This document shows positions 38,151 to 49,389 of a stretch of DNA of 64,000 nucleotides, piece after piece; position 1 is the stretch's first letter; each line of letters opens with the position of its first letter. Position numbers and translations under genes: made by a program. Under the pieces are notes generated by a model. The model was not told where the DNA came from. It worked only from the letters and a program-made list of their open reading frames with translations, and searched no databases. This stretch comes from Sminthopsis crassicaudata (lineage: Eukaryota): NCBI RefSeq assembly GCF_048593235.1, contig NC_133621.1:301887146-301951145 (forward strand), read 5' to 3'.

Positions 38151-39525
38151 GGTGGCCCGGGCCCCTGCCATCGGACTTAGCTCTGGCATCGTTGGCAGAA
38201 GAGCGCTTCCATCCTCTGTGTGTCAGAAACGCCGCCACCGTAGTCCCCTCCCGAGTGAGTCTCGTTCCAACACTCCCCAGGGCCGGGGCCTGGAGCGGTC
38301 CCCATGCCCACGGGCCCCCCCCCGCCCGTCTAACTGTTTTTACTTTGGATTATCAGACTCCATCTGTCTAAGAGGTCTTTCCTCCCCGATCATTTCATTG
38401 ATGGCTGAAGGATTTTAAAAGAAAGAAAATCTTTTTTTTTGTTCTTCCAGTTCAGTGACTGTTTCCTTGTCCAAGGTGCATTTGTGTCCCCTGAGCAGCT
38501 CCCTCTGGGCTGGGGCGGGTGGAGCAGGGCTGGAAATAATGGCCAGTCGGTCCTGGACCTCTCCCTGACCCTGCCAGCTGGTGAGCGAGCGCATGCACGA
38601 CACACGGGCATACATGCATGACACACATGCACGCCAGGTTTCAACCAAGACCCATACCCTTGGAGTGTCTCATGAGCCTGGGCCACACCAGTGCCAAGAG
38701 TGGCACGCAAATTCATCCTTCCCAGGCTTCCCCCTCTTTAGGAAGGCTAGTTTTGGGGGAAGGGCAGAGTACCTGCCAGTCCAAAGGGCTCCTGGAACCA
38801 CCAACCTGAATCCTGCATACTGGCAGGTAAATGCTGAACCTCACCACTGTGTCAAGGAAAGTTTAGGAAGCGCCTACTATGTGCCCGGCACATGAGACAG
38901 CAGATGGGACACGGGGCAGGCTAGCTGGGCTAAAGACTGCCAAGTACTTGAATCCAGGGGAAGTTTGGGGGGAGGGGGTGGTCATTAGAGGAAGAACCTA
39001 GGACTGAGGTGGGCCCGACTGGCGAGCCAGCGGGGGATGCCACCAGCTTGGGAAGGCCTTAGCCTTTCAGAGAGACCCTAGAGCCTGAGCAGAGGAGACG
39101 TGGCAGCTCCGAGGAGGCTAAGCATTCAGCTGAGGGGCAGGGAGACAGAAATGGGGAGAGTTGAAGACTCAGTGGCCCCAGGAGGCCAGAGCAAGAGCTG
39201 GAGCTCAGGTGGGCCCTCTGGGCCTTCCCCCACCAGTGATTAGCTAAGGACAAACAGTCTGTGACAGCAAAGGACCAAACCCTCAATCCACTAGCACCTG
39301 GGGCCTGTTCCCAAGGCTGGGGCATGCTGCCTTTGCTTTGTCCTAAGTTCATGCCAAGAGGAGGGGGCCAAAGACTGGCACTGAGGGGAGGAGAGCACTC
39401 ATATTCGGGGCTGCATGCCCAACCCTTACGCAGCACCAGTTCTGCCCCCAAATATCCCCAGAAAGACCTCAGCGGTTGTCACTGCCAAGGAAGGCACCAG
39501 CCCAATTTTTACCAGCAATAGCAGT

Positions 39526-39531
39526 TTTATT
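39526..39531 (-). terminator. POLR3H: POLR3H polyadenylation signal AATAAA
   Basis: TTTATT on + strand ~610 nt past the stop; only canonical hexamer seen between the two convergent stops. Confidence 0.65.
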
Positions 39532-40139
39532 CTGGGGGTGGGCACGATGAGGGGCTCATGGGAGTCTCCTCACCACCCACCCCATTGGCTGTACTCTGGC
39601 CCTGGTGAGCTCACACCCAGCAGGCTCCAGGGATGGCCCCAAACAGCAAGGGAAGTCCCTGGCGACAGTGCAGCTTCCAGAAAGCAGGGTGGTGGCCACC
39701 CTTTGCTTGGAGGGGGCGGGTTGACTGGCGTCTCCACGTGGCAGTAAGTAGAGTCAGTCTTCGGCTTGGTGACTGACCAATCTAACCATCACGGCCAAAG
39801 CCCAAAGAAAGGTGGCAGCCACTGGGGGCCGGCGACTCAGATGGGGGCACCTGGGCCCAGCTGCCAACATACGGGGTTTCCGAGCTGGGAGGCAGGGGCT
39901 CCTGGATCCAGTCCAGCTCGTGAGAACGGAGGCCCAGAGACAGGAAGGGACATGCCCAAAGTCACAGAGTCAGAAAGCCGGGTCAGAGCCGCCACCCTTC
40001 CCTGGAGTCTGATAGGCTTCCCGCCTGCTCCTGGCTCCTGGGCACGTGGCTCCAGGCGGGCTGAGGCCAGCATACTGGTCCCTCTGTCCTTCTTGCACTC
40101 GGGCCCAGGCCACTGGCCCAGGGGGTTCTCTGACCACCA

Positions 40140-40193
40140 CTAGCTGCTTGTCCACCACGAGAGAAGCCCCAGGCCTGGCTCACTGATAGATCC
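40140..40193 (-). CDS. POLR3H: POLR3H coding exon 6 ([17 protein letters not shown])
   Basis: 54 nt, CAG acceptor, TAG at 40142-40140. Confidence 0.96.
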   Translation of the reverse strand, partial: GSISEPGLGLLSWWTSS

Positions 40194-43100
40194 CTGCAGG
40201 GGAAGAGAAAGGAGACTTTCAGCAGTCACTGGGCCAACTCAGGCCCTCTTCTCCAGGGCCCTACTAGCAGCCCAGCCTCCCACAGGTACAGGGTGCCCAG
40301 CTCCGGGCTGTCTTTGGGCAGGCTCCTGACTGGCATCCTCACTGACCCTGCGAGACTGGCAGTGGGCCTGGGGAGCCAAGGCAGGAACACGGCTAGGGCC
40401 CCTGGAGCTTCTAAGTAACTCCCCCCCCCCCAATCAGCTCTCTCCCAAGCCAGACACCCGGGGCACATGCTGCCCCCGACCTTGGAGCGGCCTCCAGGCT
40501 GCTCCCTTCAGAGCCCGTTATGCCCTGGCATTCCCAGGCCCCCTGAGTACATCTGGGAACTCTGCCAGCCCCCTTTCTCTTTTCTCATGAGAATGGGCCC
40601 AGACTCCCCCTTGCAGGGCCAGGAACGGTTGCCCAACCTCCCTGTGAGAAGGTGTTCAAGGGCAAGTGGCTCGGCCCTCCTTGAAGAAGTGCCTTGGTCC
40701 TTTATGTGGGGGTGAACCCAGCTTTGCCCCCCTCCCTCACTCCCCTGGCCCTGCTCCCCTCTCCCTGTCCCCCCACTCCCCCAGTCTCCCAGCCCCCTGC
40801 TCTCACCCCAAGGGTATACGGGGCCTCCTTCCTGGGGGCCTCTTCGCTGGGCGTGGAAGCCGCGGCAGAGCTGGGCCCCGTGGGCGATGTGTCGACAAAG
40901 CTCTCGTCCACCACCCGGAAGCGGATCTCCTCCCCGGTGTCCATATAGAGGTCGTGGGCCCCCTCTTCTGTCTCGTATTCCCACACCCACACCTGCTCTG
41001 CCTCATCGCTGATTAGGTACAAAGGTTAAGGAGCTCACCTGCAGCAAGCAGCCTGCCCTCACCCTCCCTGGCCACCCCTTTTACCAAGGCATCCAGGCTC
41101 AAGGACCCGGCCTCGGCTTTCCAGGGGGCCAGATCCAACAGGCCACGCCATGAGCCAAGGGTTAAAGTGCTTCCCCAAATGTAAAAGCGAGACCTTGGGA
41201 GTCAGCGAATGTCCAAGCTCAAGGCAAGCTTGGAGGTCTCCGCCTTCCAAACCTCTCATTTACAGGTGGGGGGAAATTGACCCTCGGAAATGCCCGAGCT
41301 GCCCAAAGTCATCTAAGTCAGCAGTGGCAGAGAAGCTACTTGCCATGCCCGCCATACAGTGCTATTCCTTGGCAGCCACTACCAGAGCTTCCCTCCTGCT
41401 GCTCAGCTTGTGGGAGGCTCAGCTGGCACCGCAGAGGGAGGGCTGCTCCCAGTCAGGGCTCTCAAACCCACCTGTACCCTCAGAGTTATGGGAGGACCTC
41501 CCCATAGAGATATTGCTAATGTGGGTTCCAGCCCCCCCCCCATCAGAAAGTCTACCCGACCCCAGCAGAGCACCTTCTCACGGGCCCCAGAAAAGGCGAC
41601 CAGGTTGGACTGGGCAACGCTCCCGAACCCTGGAGGGGCAGCAGAATCCCTGTGGCCGTGCCGCCCCCCAGTGACAGTCCCTGGCCCCCTTCAGAGAGGC
41701 ACTAGCAAAGTGCAGAAAGGATACAACTTGGCGGGCTGCTGCAAAGATTCTGGGGGGATGAGGATGTCATCAAAGAATCCTAAAGAGACTGAAAGGAAAA
41801 GGGGACTTGGGAAAGGCCTCCAAGTGCCAGCAGTGCCCACCTGCCCCCAGCTCTGGCACAACCCTCCCCCCCCCAGTCCTCCCTTTGTGGAAGGAGTGAC
41901 CCAGACCCACCTCTAGGTCAAAATGGCTGCTCCGGCCCCCCCGAACCTGAGCTCTAGCCACAACTGTCCTGAGTGGTCCCAGGGGCTGCTTACCATGAAC
42001 CCCATCTGGGCTGCAGCCTTTGATCACGCCGATCAGAATCTCGTCCAGAAAGGGGTGGAACACCACATAGCGGAAATGGACTGCAAAGAAACAGTCAGCC
42101 TCGCGCCGTGTAACTCTGGGCATCCGCTCCTCCGTCTCCTGATCATCTCTGTCAATCTGTCCCTCTCCCCTTATGTCCATCCACCTGTCAGTCTGTCTTT
42201 TCCCTCCTCCCATCTGTCTATCCCTCCCTCTCCTGTATATCTCTTGTCAATCTGTCCCTTTCCATTTATGTCCATCTTCCCATCTGTCCATCATCCCTCC
42301 CTCCTCCCGTCCCTGCCAACATCACAAAGGACAGACTGCTGCCCGTAGCCAAGGGTTTTCCCCTCCGCCATTGGCTGAGGCCTCCAACTTCCGGCCCAAC
42401 TCTGACAGGAAGAGAACCCCTGACCACATGAGACCCAGCCTCCAGAGAACACGCAGTTGCCCTGAATAAGTCACAATGTCTCAGTTTCTGAGAAGGCAGA
42501 GACCTTGAAGGGCAGCTGGGGGACAATGACCCAGCATCCCATCTATCAGAGCCCCAACGAAGGGCTGTATGGTCGGAGACCTCCAGGGACGGGGAACTCA
42601 CTACCTGCCAGCCCATCTCACTTCTGGACCGCTCTGATTTTTAGGAAGTCTTTCCTATCATTGAGCTGAACTGAAGTCTCTTAGCTGAGCCACTCAATCT
42701 ACTCTGTCCACTTTCCATTGTCCATTGGATGGAGAGACCCAAGAGCCACAGACCGCCTGCCTGGTCCCCCGCTGCAGCAGGGCTGCCCTTCCGCTCCCCC
42801 GTTTGAGGTGTCTGGGGCACGGTGCTGGCTTTAGGAGGACCAAGCCCCCTTAGAACCCGGCTGCTTAGAGAAGGTACAAGACCCTGCTGGGGAAAAAGGG
42901 TCAGATTACTCTCCTCTGTGCCGACCTGGAAGGCAGATTTGGCTCAAAAAGAAGTCCTCCCCTAACAGAGATGGCCCAGAGTTTGCTTCAGCAGGGAGTG
43001 AGCCCCCTGTCACTCAAGGTGCCCAAATAAGACACAGAATTGTCCTGGCCCCTGGAAGCTTAGCGGAGGCCCCCCAGGGAGCCAGGGCACCTCCGTCGGG

Positions 43101-46100
43101 CTGGGGAAGCTGCGACACCTTCCCAGAGTCGTTTTTAAAAGCAGACCAAGACATGAAGCAGCACGAAGGAGACCAATTCTCTGGAAATACAGCTGCCAAA
43201 TACTGGGAAAACTAGACCATGGAACCTGGACCAAGAGCCGGCAACCCAAGGGCCATCGACACCGTCCCCGACAGATGGTCACGCAGCCTCCGCACGGACA
43301 CTTAAGTTCGTTTTCGGACCCTTCCCACCCAAGCAAAGCTGCTCCTTTTCCTGAATCGATCTGGATTTGAAATTTGAGTTCCCTGCGCTGCCGCTCTCTC
43401 CCACCAGGTTCCTGAGGTCCTAGGCTCTGGAACCTCCTCCCAGCCTGTCGGGGCCCCTCCCCCCCATAAAGTGGGTCACTGGAGGCCAGTCTCCACTGGG
43501 ATCTTCCCCACCAAAGTTGGGCCTTCGTCCAGGCCATCTCTTTTAGAATCTGGAAAGGGCAGAAGCAGCTCAAGAGGAGTTGGGTTAAAAAAAAAATTCC
43601 TTTAGACTGGCCAGTGTGCCTAAGGCCAGCTCTGACCTGGAAAGGGAGGCCTGGAGAACTGCCAGGGCTGGGAGGGTGGGGGGCGGGAGAGGAGGGAGGG
43701 TTCCCTTAATCTCCTTGTCCTCCGCAGCCAGTGCCCTCCCCTGCTCCCCTCAATACCGCCTTCAAACAGTGACCCCCAGACCCCTGTCCGAAGGGAGATG
43801 AGTCTGAAGCGATATGAACTGAAGGGAGCCGAGACACGTAGGCCCAAGTGCCTCCAACCACGCCAAGGGAAAGGTCCCAAAGGGGTGAGGAAACGTGCCC
43901 ATCCCCCTTCTTCGGTGGGGGCTTCTGGGTGCAGAGGCCTGCATTGTCCTGTCAGACAAGGTTAACGGGCCGCTGAGTTTGGCGGGACCGCCCTTTCCCC
44001 CTCTTCCCACACTGGGTTACAAGCAGTGGCTCTTTGGACAGAGAGAGGAGAGAATATATTCTGAAACGAAGGCCAAGTTTTAAAAAGCTAGGAATAAAAA
44101 TGTTTGTGACAAGGACGTGCTCAGCACCCTCCCGTAAGAGGCTGGGGCTGGCAGAGGGGCGGGCAGGGCAGCCATGGCCATTGAGCCCCTGTGTGGGGAG
44201 CCCCTCATCATTAAGCAGGAAGCGCTTTCCGCTGCCACAATGGGAAGGCTTATGTTGCTGGGGAGAGGGCATTTACCTCCCAGGGAGCAGAGGAGATGCG
44301 AGGCTTGGGAAAGAGGGCACACAGAGGGCATTCACTCACAAGATGGAAAAATCCTCCGGCCCCCTGCGGCCTGGGAACTGGGAGGGCCGGAAAAGCGCCG
44401 GGCACGCGGAGCCCGCCCTGCTGCTCAGGGGCCCTTTGGCGGGGCCACTCCCATGCCAGCTTCAGATACTAAGTCTCTGGCAGCCTGGGGGAAGGACCCC
44501 AAAGCAGAGATCAGAGGGAGGCAAGCCCCAAAGAACAGGGCAGGCAGAGATGAACCCCAAAATAGAGGTCATAGGGAAGTGAACCCCAAGGAAGTAGGCA
44601 GGGAGAGGTGAACCCCAAAGAACTGGCAGGAGGAAGCAAACCCTAAAGCACAGTAGACCCCAAAGCAGAGGTCAGAGAGAAGTAAACCTCAAAGAATCGG
44701 ATAGGGAGAAGTGAACCCCAAAGCAGAAATCAAAGGGAGATGAACCCCAAAGAATTGGGCAGGGGAAGCAGACCCTAAAGTACAAAGTAGGGGGGTGGAC
44801 CCCAAAGCAGAGGTCAGGGAGTTAAATCCCAAAACAGATCAGAGAGGTGAACCCCAAAGAATAAGGCAGAGGAAGTAGACCCTAAAACACATGTTAAGAG
44901 ATGGTGGATCCCAAAGCACACATCAAGGGGGAAGTGAACCCTAAAGTACAAGGTTGGGGGAGGCGTGCCCCAAAGCAGGGAGTTAATGAGACTGTCTAAG
45001 AATCCTCCACAAGAGGGAGGCACCCCGGAAAGCACAGGGGACAAGGTTCAGTGCTCCCCAAGCAAAGCAGTTTCTTGGACCTTGGACTCCTATGGAGGAG
45101 CTAGGAGGAAGCTCCTAGTACCCGACTCTGCCCGCGGCTGCCATGCCAGCTCAGCTGTAAATTATGGGGTTATTCTCCTCGCCCTCACTGCCCAGACCCC
45201 AGGCCTAAGTGAGCACTGGGGCACTGTGTGCGTGACCGGGCCCTCAGGACAGCGGGGGCCCCGTGCTGGAGAGCGGGAGGCTCAGCTGGTCCAGGCCCAG
45301 ATCCCGGGTGGCGTCAGCAGGAGCACCTCTTCCCAGCCAGCGTGGCAGGGAGAGCCCCAGATCAGGGAGGAGGCCCCTCTGGGAGCTGGGGGAGCAGGAA
45401 GTCAGAGGTCTGTCTGGGGAGAGCAGCCCCGAGAAGGCCCGGTGTTAGGCGGCCCTGGGGAAAGCCGGAAAAGACAGGGGAACGAGCTGGAAACGGGGGG
45501 GACGCTCTCTCTCTCGCTCACCTTTCTTTATAAAAAGGGGGCTCCCTGTGTGTGTGTGTATCTGTGTGCATGGGGGTGGGGCTGGCTCACCCCCAGAAAT
45601 CCCCAAGCTATAAAAACCCAAAACAGTGGAAGAAGGGCCCCTGCGGGATCTTGGAGAGGCCTGAGGCCATCCGCCTTCCTGTCCAGAGGAGGGGATCCCC
45701 AAAACCAGGACGGGAGGGGATGGGGGGCCTGTCCCAGGTCCAATGCCCAAGGCCCGTCCTGAGGGCACAGCTGCAGACAAGGTGTCGGGAGTCTGGGCTG
45801 GGGATCCCGGGAGGGAATGTCCAACAACCGGGGCCCCAGCCTGGGCCAGGACGAGGGGAATGGGGATGCCCACCTTTGGTATGGGACGCGCCGTCCCCTG
45901 GGAACACGTAGGCGTCCTCTAACTTGGTGATGTCATACAGGCAGATGCAGAGCCCCACGTTGTACACGACCTGCGGAGGAACGCTGACTCAGCCATCGGG
46001 GCACACAGGCCGCACGCCTTGGGGCCGGGCCCTCTGCCAGGGGCTGGGCCCAGAGAGGGCCAAGGGGCTGGGCCAGGAGAGGGCCGAGGGGTTGGGCCCG

Positions 46101-46852
46101 GAGAGGGCCTCAGGAGCACAAAGACAAGGAGGAGTCTGGTCGGCCCTTGCTCCCTCCCCAGTTCAGGCGGCCACTGCTCCTCACCTGCCTCCAGCCTCTC
46201 CTATTCCATGCCTGCCTTCACTTGGTCAGCTGCCAAGGGCTGCACTCCAGCCTGACAATGACACTCTCCTGCTCAACAAACTGCCAGGCTCCCTATTCTC
46301 TGAGATCCAGCAGAGCCCTCGGCCAATTTCCAGCTTCTCTGTGCCACCCTCCTTGTGGTCCCTCACAGAATGGGCACCCCGAGTCTGAAAGGCTCCTTTC
46401 CCTGCTTCCTCCAGAACCCCCTTTCCGGCCCCCTCCTGCAAGTTCCTGCCCTCTCGGAAGGCCTTCCATGTGTCTCGCTCGGACAGCCTTTTGAGAGCAG
46501 GGATGGGCCTTCCCCTGTCTCCCCAGCACTCAGTACCAGAGCTCGCACACAGTAGGTGCATACTAGATGCTTGCTGACTGACAGATGGTTCGTGCCCTTG
46601 AGGAGCTTTCATTCTCTGAACATAAAACAGGACGTCCAGAGACGCACAAAGCCAATGCAGACAGTCTGGGAGGGAGCTGAGCCACACGACCACCTGGCCA
46701 CGGAGGGAGCCACAAAGCCTCAGAACCAGCCTGGGCCTCACCTTGTTGGCCAGCTTCTTGTTGAGCTCCTCCGCGATGGAATCATTGAGCTTCCTTTCGA
46801 ACTGCCATGGCGGGATCCGCACCGTGTCCACCATCTCCACCAGGACGAACAT
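40140..46852 (-). CDS. POLR3H: DNA-directed RNA polymerase III subunit RPC8 (RPC25), 204 aa; complement(join(40140..40193,40807..41008,41725..41788,41994..42080,45874..45970,46742..46852))
   Basis: Translation [87 protein letters not shown]...[17 protein letters not shown]; exons 111+97+87+64+202+54=615 nt. Confidence 0.97.
40807..41008 (-). CDS. POLR3H: POLR3H coding exon 5 (DEAEQVW...APYTLG)
   Basis: 202 nt; ORF 40702..41022. Confidence 0.96.
41009..41724 (-). other. POLR3H: U12-type (minor spliceosome) GT-AG intron of POLR3H
   Basis: 5'ss GTATCCTTT (41724-41716); branch site TCCTTAAC (41032-41025) ~17 nt before CAG; no long pyrimidine tract. Confidence 0.93.
41725..41788 (-). CDS. POLR3H: POLR3H coding exon 4 (VSLGFFDD...QPAK)
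   Basis: 64 nt; followed by U12-type donor GTATCCTTT. Confidence 0.95.
41994..42080 (-). CDS. POLR3H: POLR3H coding exon 3 (VHFRY...DGVH)
   Basis: 87 nt, GT-AG; ORF 41770..42213. Confidence 0.96.
44490..44980. repeat. Degenerate ~28-30 bp minisatellite with core GAACCCCAAAG, ~17 units, in a POLR3H intron
   Basis: Recurrent (G/A)ACCC(C/T)AAAG core at ~29 bp spacing. Confidence 0.85.
45874..45970 (-). CDS. POLR3H: POLR3H coding exon 2 (VVYNVG...SHTK)
   Basis: 97 nt, GT-AG; ORF 45608..45967. Confidence 0.96.
46020..46110. repeat. ~24-bp G-rich tandem repeat (AGGGGCTGGGCCCAGAGAGGGCCA-like) x~4
   Basis: Direct reading; PRPSPGP periodicity in ORF 45919..46119. Confidence 0.75.
46742..46852 (-). 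CDS. POLR3H: POLR3H coding exon 1 (exon extends 5' to 46866)
   Basis: ATG 46852-46850; CAG acceptor 46869-46867 after pyrimidine tract; donor GTGAGG. Confidence 0.96.
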
Positions 46853-46959
46853 CCTGGAGCCAGGCCCTGGAAGAGAAGAGTCCCGAGGGGAGGCGGGTGA
46901 GACCCCAGGCCGGGCTCAGGGAGAAATAAGAGCCTTATGTGGCTGCCCCTGGAGCCCTG

Positions 46960-47840
46960 CTTCTCCCAGGGTCCCAGAACCCCCTGCTGCTCCCAGGGTC
47001 CCAGAACCCCCTGCTGCTCCCAGGGTCCCAGAACCCCCTGCTGCTCCCAGGGTCCCAGAATCCTCTGCTGCTCCCAAGGCCCCCAGAACCCCCTGCTGCT
47101 CCCAGGGTCCCAGAATCCTCTGCTGCTCCCAAGGCCCCCAGAACCCCCCGCTGCTCCCAGGGTCCCAGAACCCCCCGGGCTCCCAAGGTCCCAGAACCCC
47201 CTGCTGCTCCCATGGTCCCAGAATCCTTTGCTGCTTCCAGGGTCCCAGAACCCCCTGCTGCTCCCAGGGTCCCAGAACCCCCTGCTGCTCCCAGGGTCCC
47301 AGAACCCCCTGCTGCTCCCAGGGTCCCAGAACCCCCTGCTGCTCCCAGGGTCCCAGAACCCCCTACTGCTCCCAGGGCCCCAGAACCCCCTGCTGCTCCC
47401 ATGGTCCCAGAATCCTCTGCTGCTCCCACAGTCCCAGAACCCCCTGATGCTCCCAGGGTCCCAGAATCCTCTGCTGCTCCCAAGGCCCCCAGAACCCCCC
47501 ACTGCTCCCAGGGTCCCAGAACCCCCCGGGCTCCCAAGGTCTCAGAACCCCCTGCTGCTCCCATGGTCCCAGAATCCTCTGCTGCTCCCACAGTCCCAGA
47601 ACCCCCTGCTGCTCCCAAGGCCCCCAGAACCCCCTGCTGCTCCCAGGGTCCCAGAACCCCCTGCTGCTCCCAGGGTCCCAGAATCCTCTGCTGCTCCCAG
47701 GGTCCCAGAACCCCCTGCTGCTCCCAGGGTCCCAGAATCCTCTGCTGCTCCCAGGGTCCCAGAACCTCCTGCTGCTCCCAGGGTCCCAGAATCCTCTGCT
47801 GCTCCCACAGTCCTAGAATCCTCTGCTGCCCCCAAGGTCC
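46960..47840. repeat. 27-bp minisatellite (CCCAGGGTCCCAGAACCCCCTGCTGCT)n, ~32 units, in POLR3H intron 1
   Basis: Direct reading; 9-aa periodicity (PRVPEPPAA) in ORF track; 26- and 28-bp variant units. Confidence 0.97.
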
Positions 47841-48149
47841 CAAGATAGGATGAAGTATCATCTAGTCCAACCTCCTCCTTTTACAGATGGGGAAACTGAG
47901 CCCCAGGAGTCAAATGGTTTTACAAGGCCACGGCACTCAGTAACAGAACTAGAACTAGAGATGGAGAGGCTGGGGGGGAGGGGATCATCTATCGCAGTCC
48001 CCTCCTTTCACAGATCAGGAAACTGACACGGGGATAAGTGATTCGGCCAAGGTCACACAGCAAGTCAGCAGTGGAAGACCACAGATGGGGGGTGGGGCCG
48101 TGCAGCTAGTCCAAGCTCCTTTTACAGACGGGGAAACTGAGCCCCGGAA

Positions 48150-48480
48150 GCCGGCAGGGCCCGGCCCAAGGCGGGACAAGTTTAACGGGGTCACAGTGGG
48201 GACGCTGGGCCTGGGCTGGCCCTTGGGCCCAATCCTCTCTACAAATGGGGAAACGGAGCGCGCCCCGCGACCCCACACGTCACGCACCAGCAGCCACGCG
48301 CCCAGGCCAGCCTCCACTGCCGTCGCCGCCGTCACCGCCGTCGCCGCCGCCGCCACACGCTGTCTCCAGGAAACAAGATCACTTCTGGAAGTCGGACCAA
48401 TCAGAGCAGGCTCAGCCTCTCTTTCCCGCCCCTCAACTTCCGCCACTTACTCTCGGCGTCCGAGAAAGGAAGGGAGCATG
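48150..48480 (-). promoter_or_regulatory. POLR3H: POLR3H CpG-island promoter with CCAAT (~48397) and ETS-like ACTTCC motifs (~48436)
   Basis: High CpG density; GGACCAATCAG and AACTTCCGCC motifs. Confidence 0.7.
48288..48400 (-). other. POLR3H: Probable non-coding first exon of POLR3H (5' end approximate)
   Basis: CpG-rich, (GGC)n-rich stretch ending in donor CTG|GTGCGT (48287-48282); first coding exon is preceded by an acceptor so an upstream exon is required. Confidence 0.6.
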
Positions 48481-49389
48481 CTCAGACTCCTCCCCTTCCA
48501 GAAGTTCCCCTCCCTCTAGACCACGCCTCTATCTGCCCCTAGTCCTCATTGCCCTCAGGCTCCTCCCCCTTCCCGCCCATCTTCCCTCTGCCACTCCATC
48601 CGTCAGCATCTTTAAGCGCCCCCTAGGTGCCCCGCCTGGTGCTAAGTGCTGGGAGAGGGCCTTCCAGCCTGAAACTGACTCGAGTGTCACTTGGGAGTTA
48701 CTGTGGGCAAATGAGTGAAGCAGGAACGGCGCTCGATGATGCTGGAGACCCCTGGAGGCTGCTTTTGCGCTCCCCCTTTTTTTCCTTTTTTTTAAATATA
48801 AATGTTATTGATATATTTTGTTTTACTTTGCAGACTTCCCATCTTATTCCTGTTCCCCTCTCAAAACCATCCTTTATTAAAAAAAAAAAAAATTAAATTA
48901 AGAAAAAAGAGAAAGAAAAGGAAAAAAAACACTAAGTTTTCTCTCTGTATTCATAAATGATTTTTAAAATACTAACAATATAGGCAACCGTCCACAGCAG
49001 CGTCTCCTCCCCACCTCTGCAAAGAAAGATTTATTCTGGCATTTTTTTTTTTTTTGGAAGGGAGAGGACAAGCATTTATTAAGCACCTACAGTGTGCAGG
49101 CACTGTCCTCTGCTTTCTCCTGAAGAAGGCAGGAAATGACCTCACCCTCCCACCCAAACCTCACCGCTTCGGGCCTGGCTGGCCTTGGCCTTCCGCTGGG
49201 TGAGAGTCTCTGGTTCACAGCCTCAGCCACGCTCTCGGACTTGACCTTTTATAACTTTTAGTGCTTCAGGCAAAACAAGCATGTCCCTGGGAGCGGCCAG
49301 ACCGAGTGCCGGCGTCCAGAAGCTTTGCGGCAGGAGGCCATGGGTGTCCCCAGGACACCGCCCCCCCAGCAGTGGACGGAACTACTGGA

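Noticed and set aside
44490-44980. CRISPR-like repeat-spacer array
   Set aside because: Eukaryotic intron, short 11-bp core, spacers homologous to each other, no cas genes
46960-47840. Array of CTCF sites (GCAGCAGGGGGTTC)
   Set aside because: Lacks the conserved GGC after the G-run; match only partial by eye
46738-47861. Six overlapping ORFs of 97-308 aa as a novel protein gene
   Set aside because: All arise from a stop-free 27-bp minisatellite; no splice or domain support
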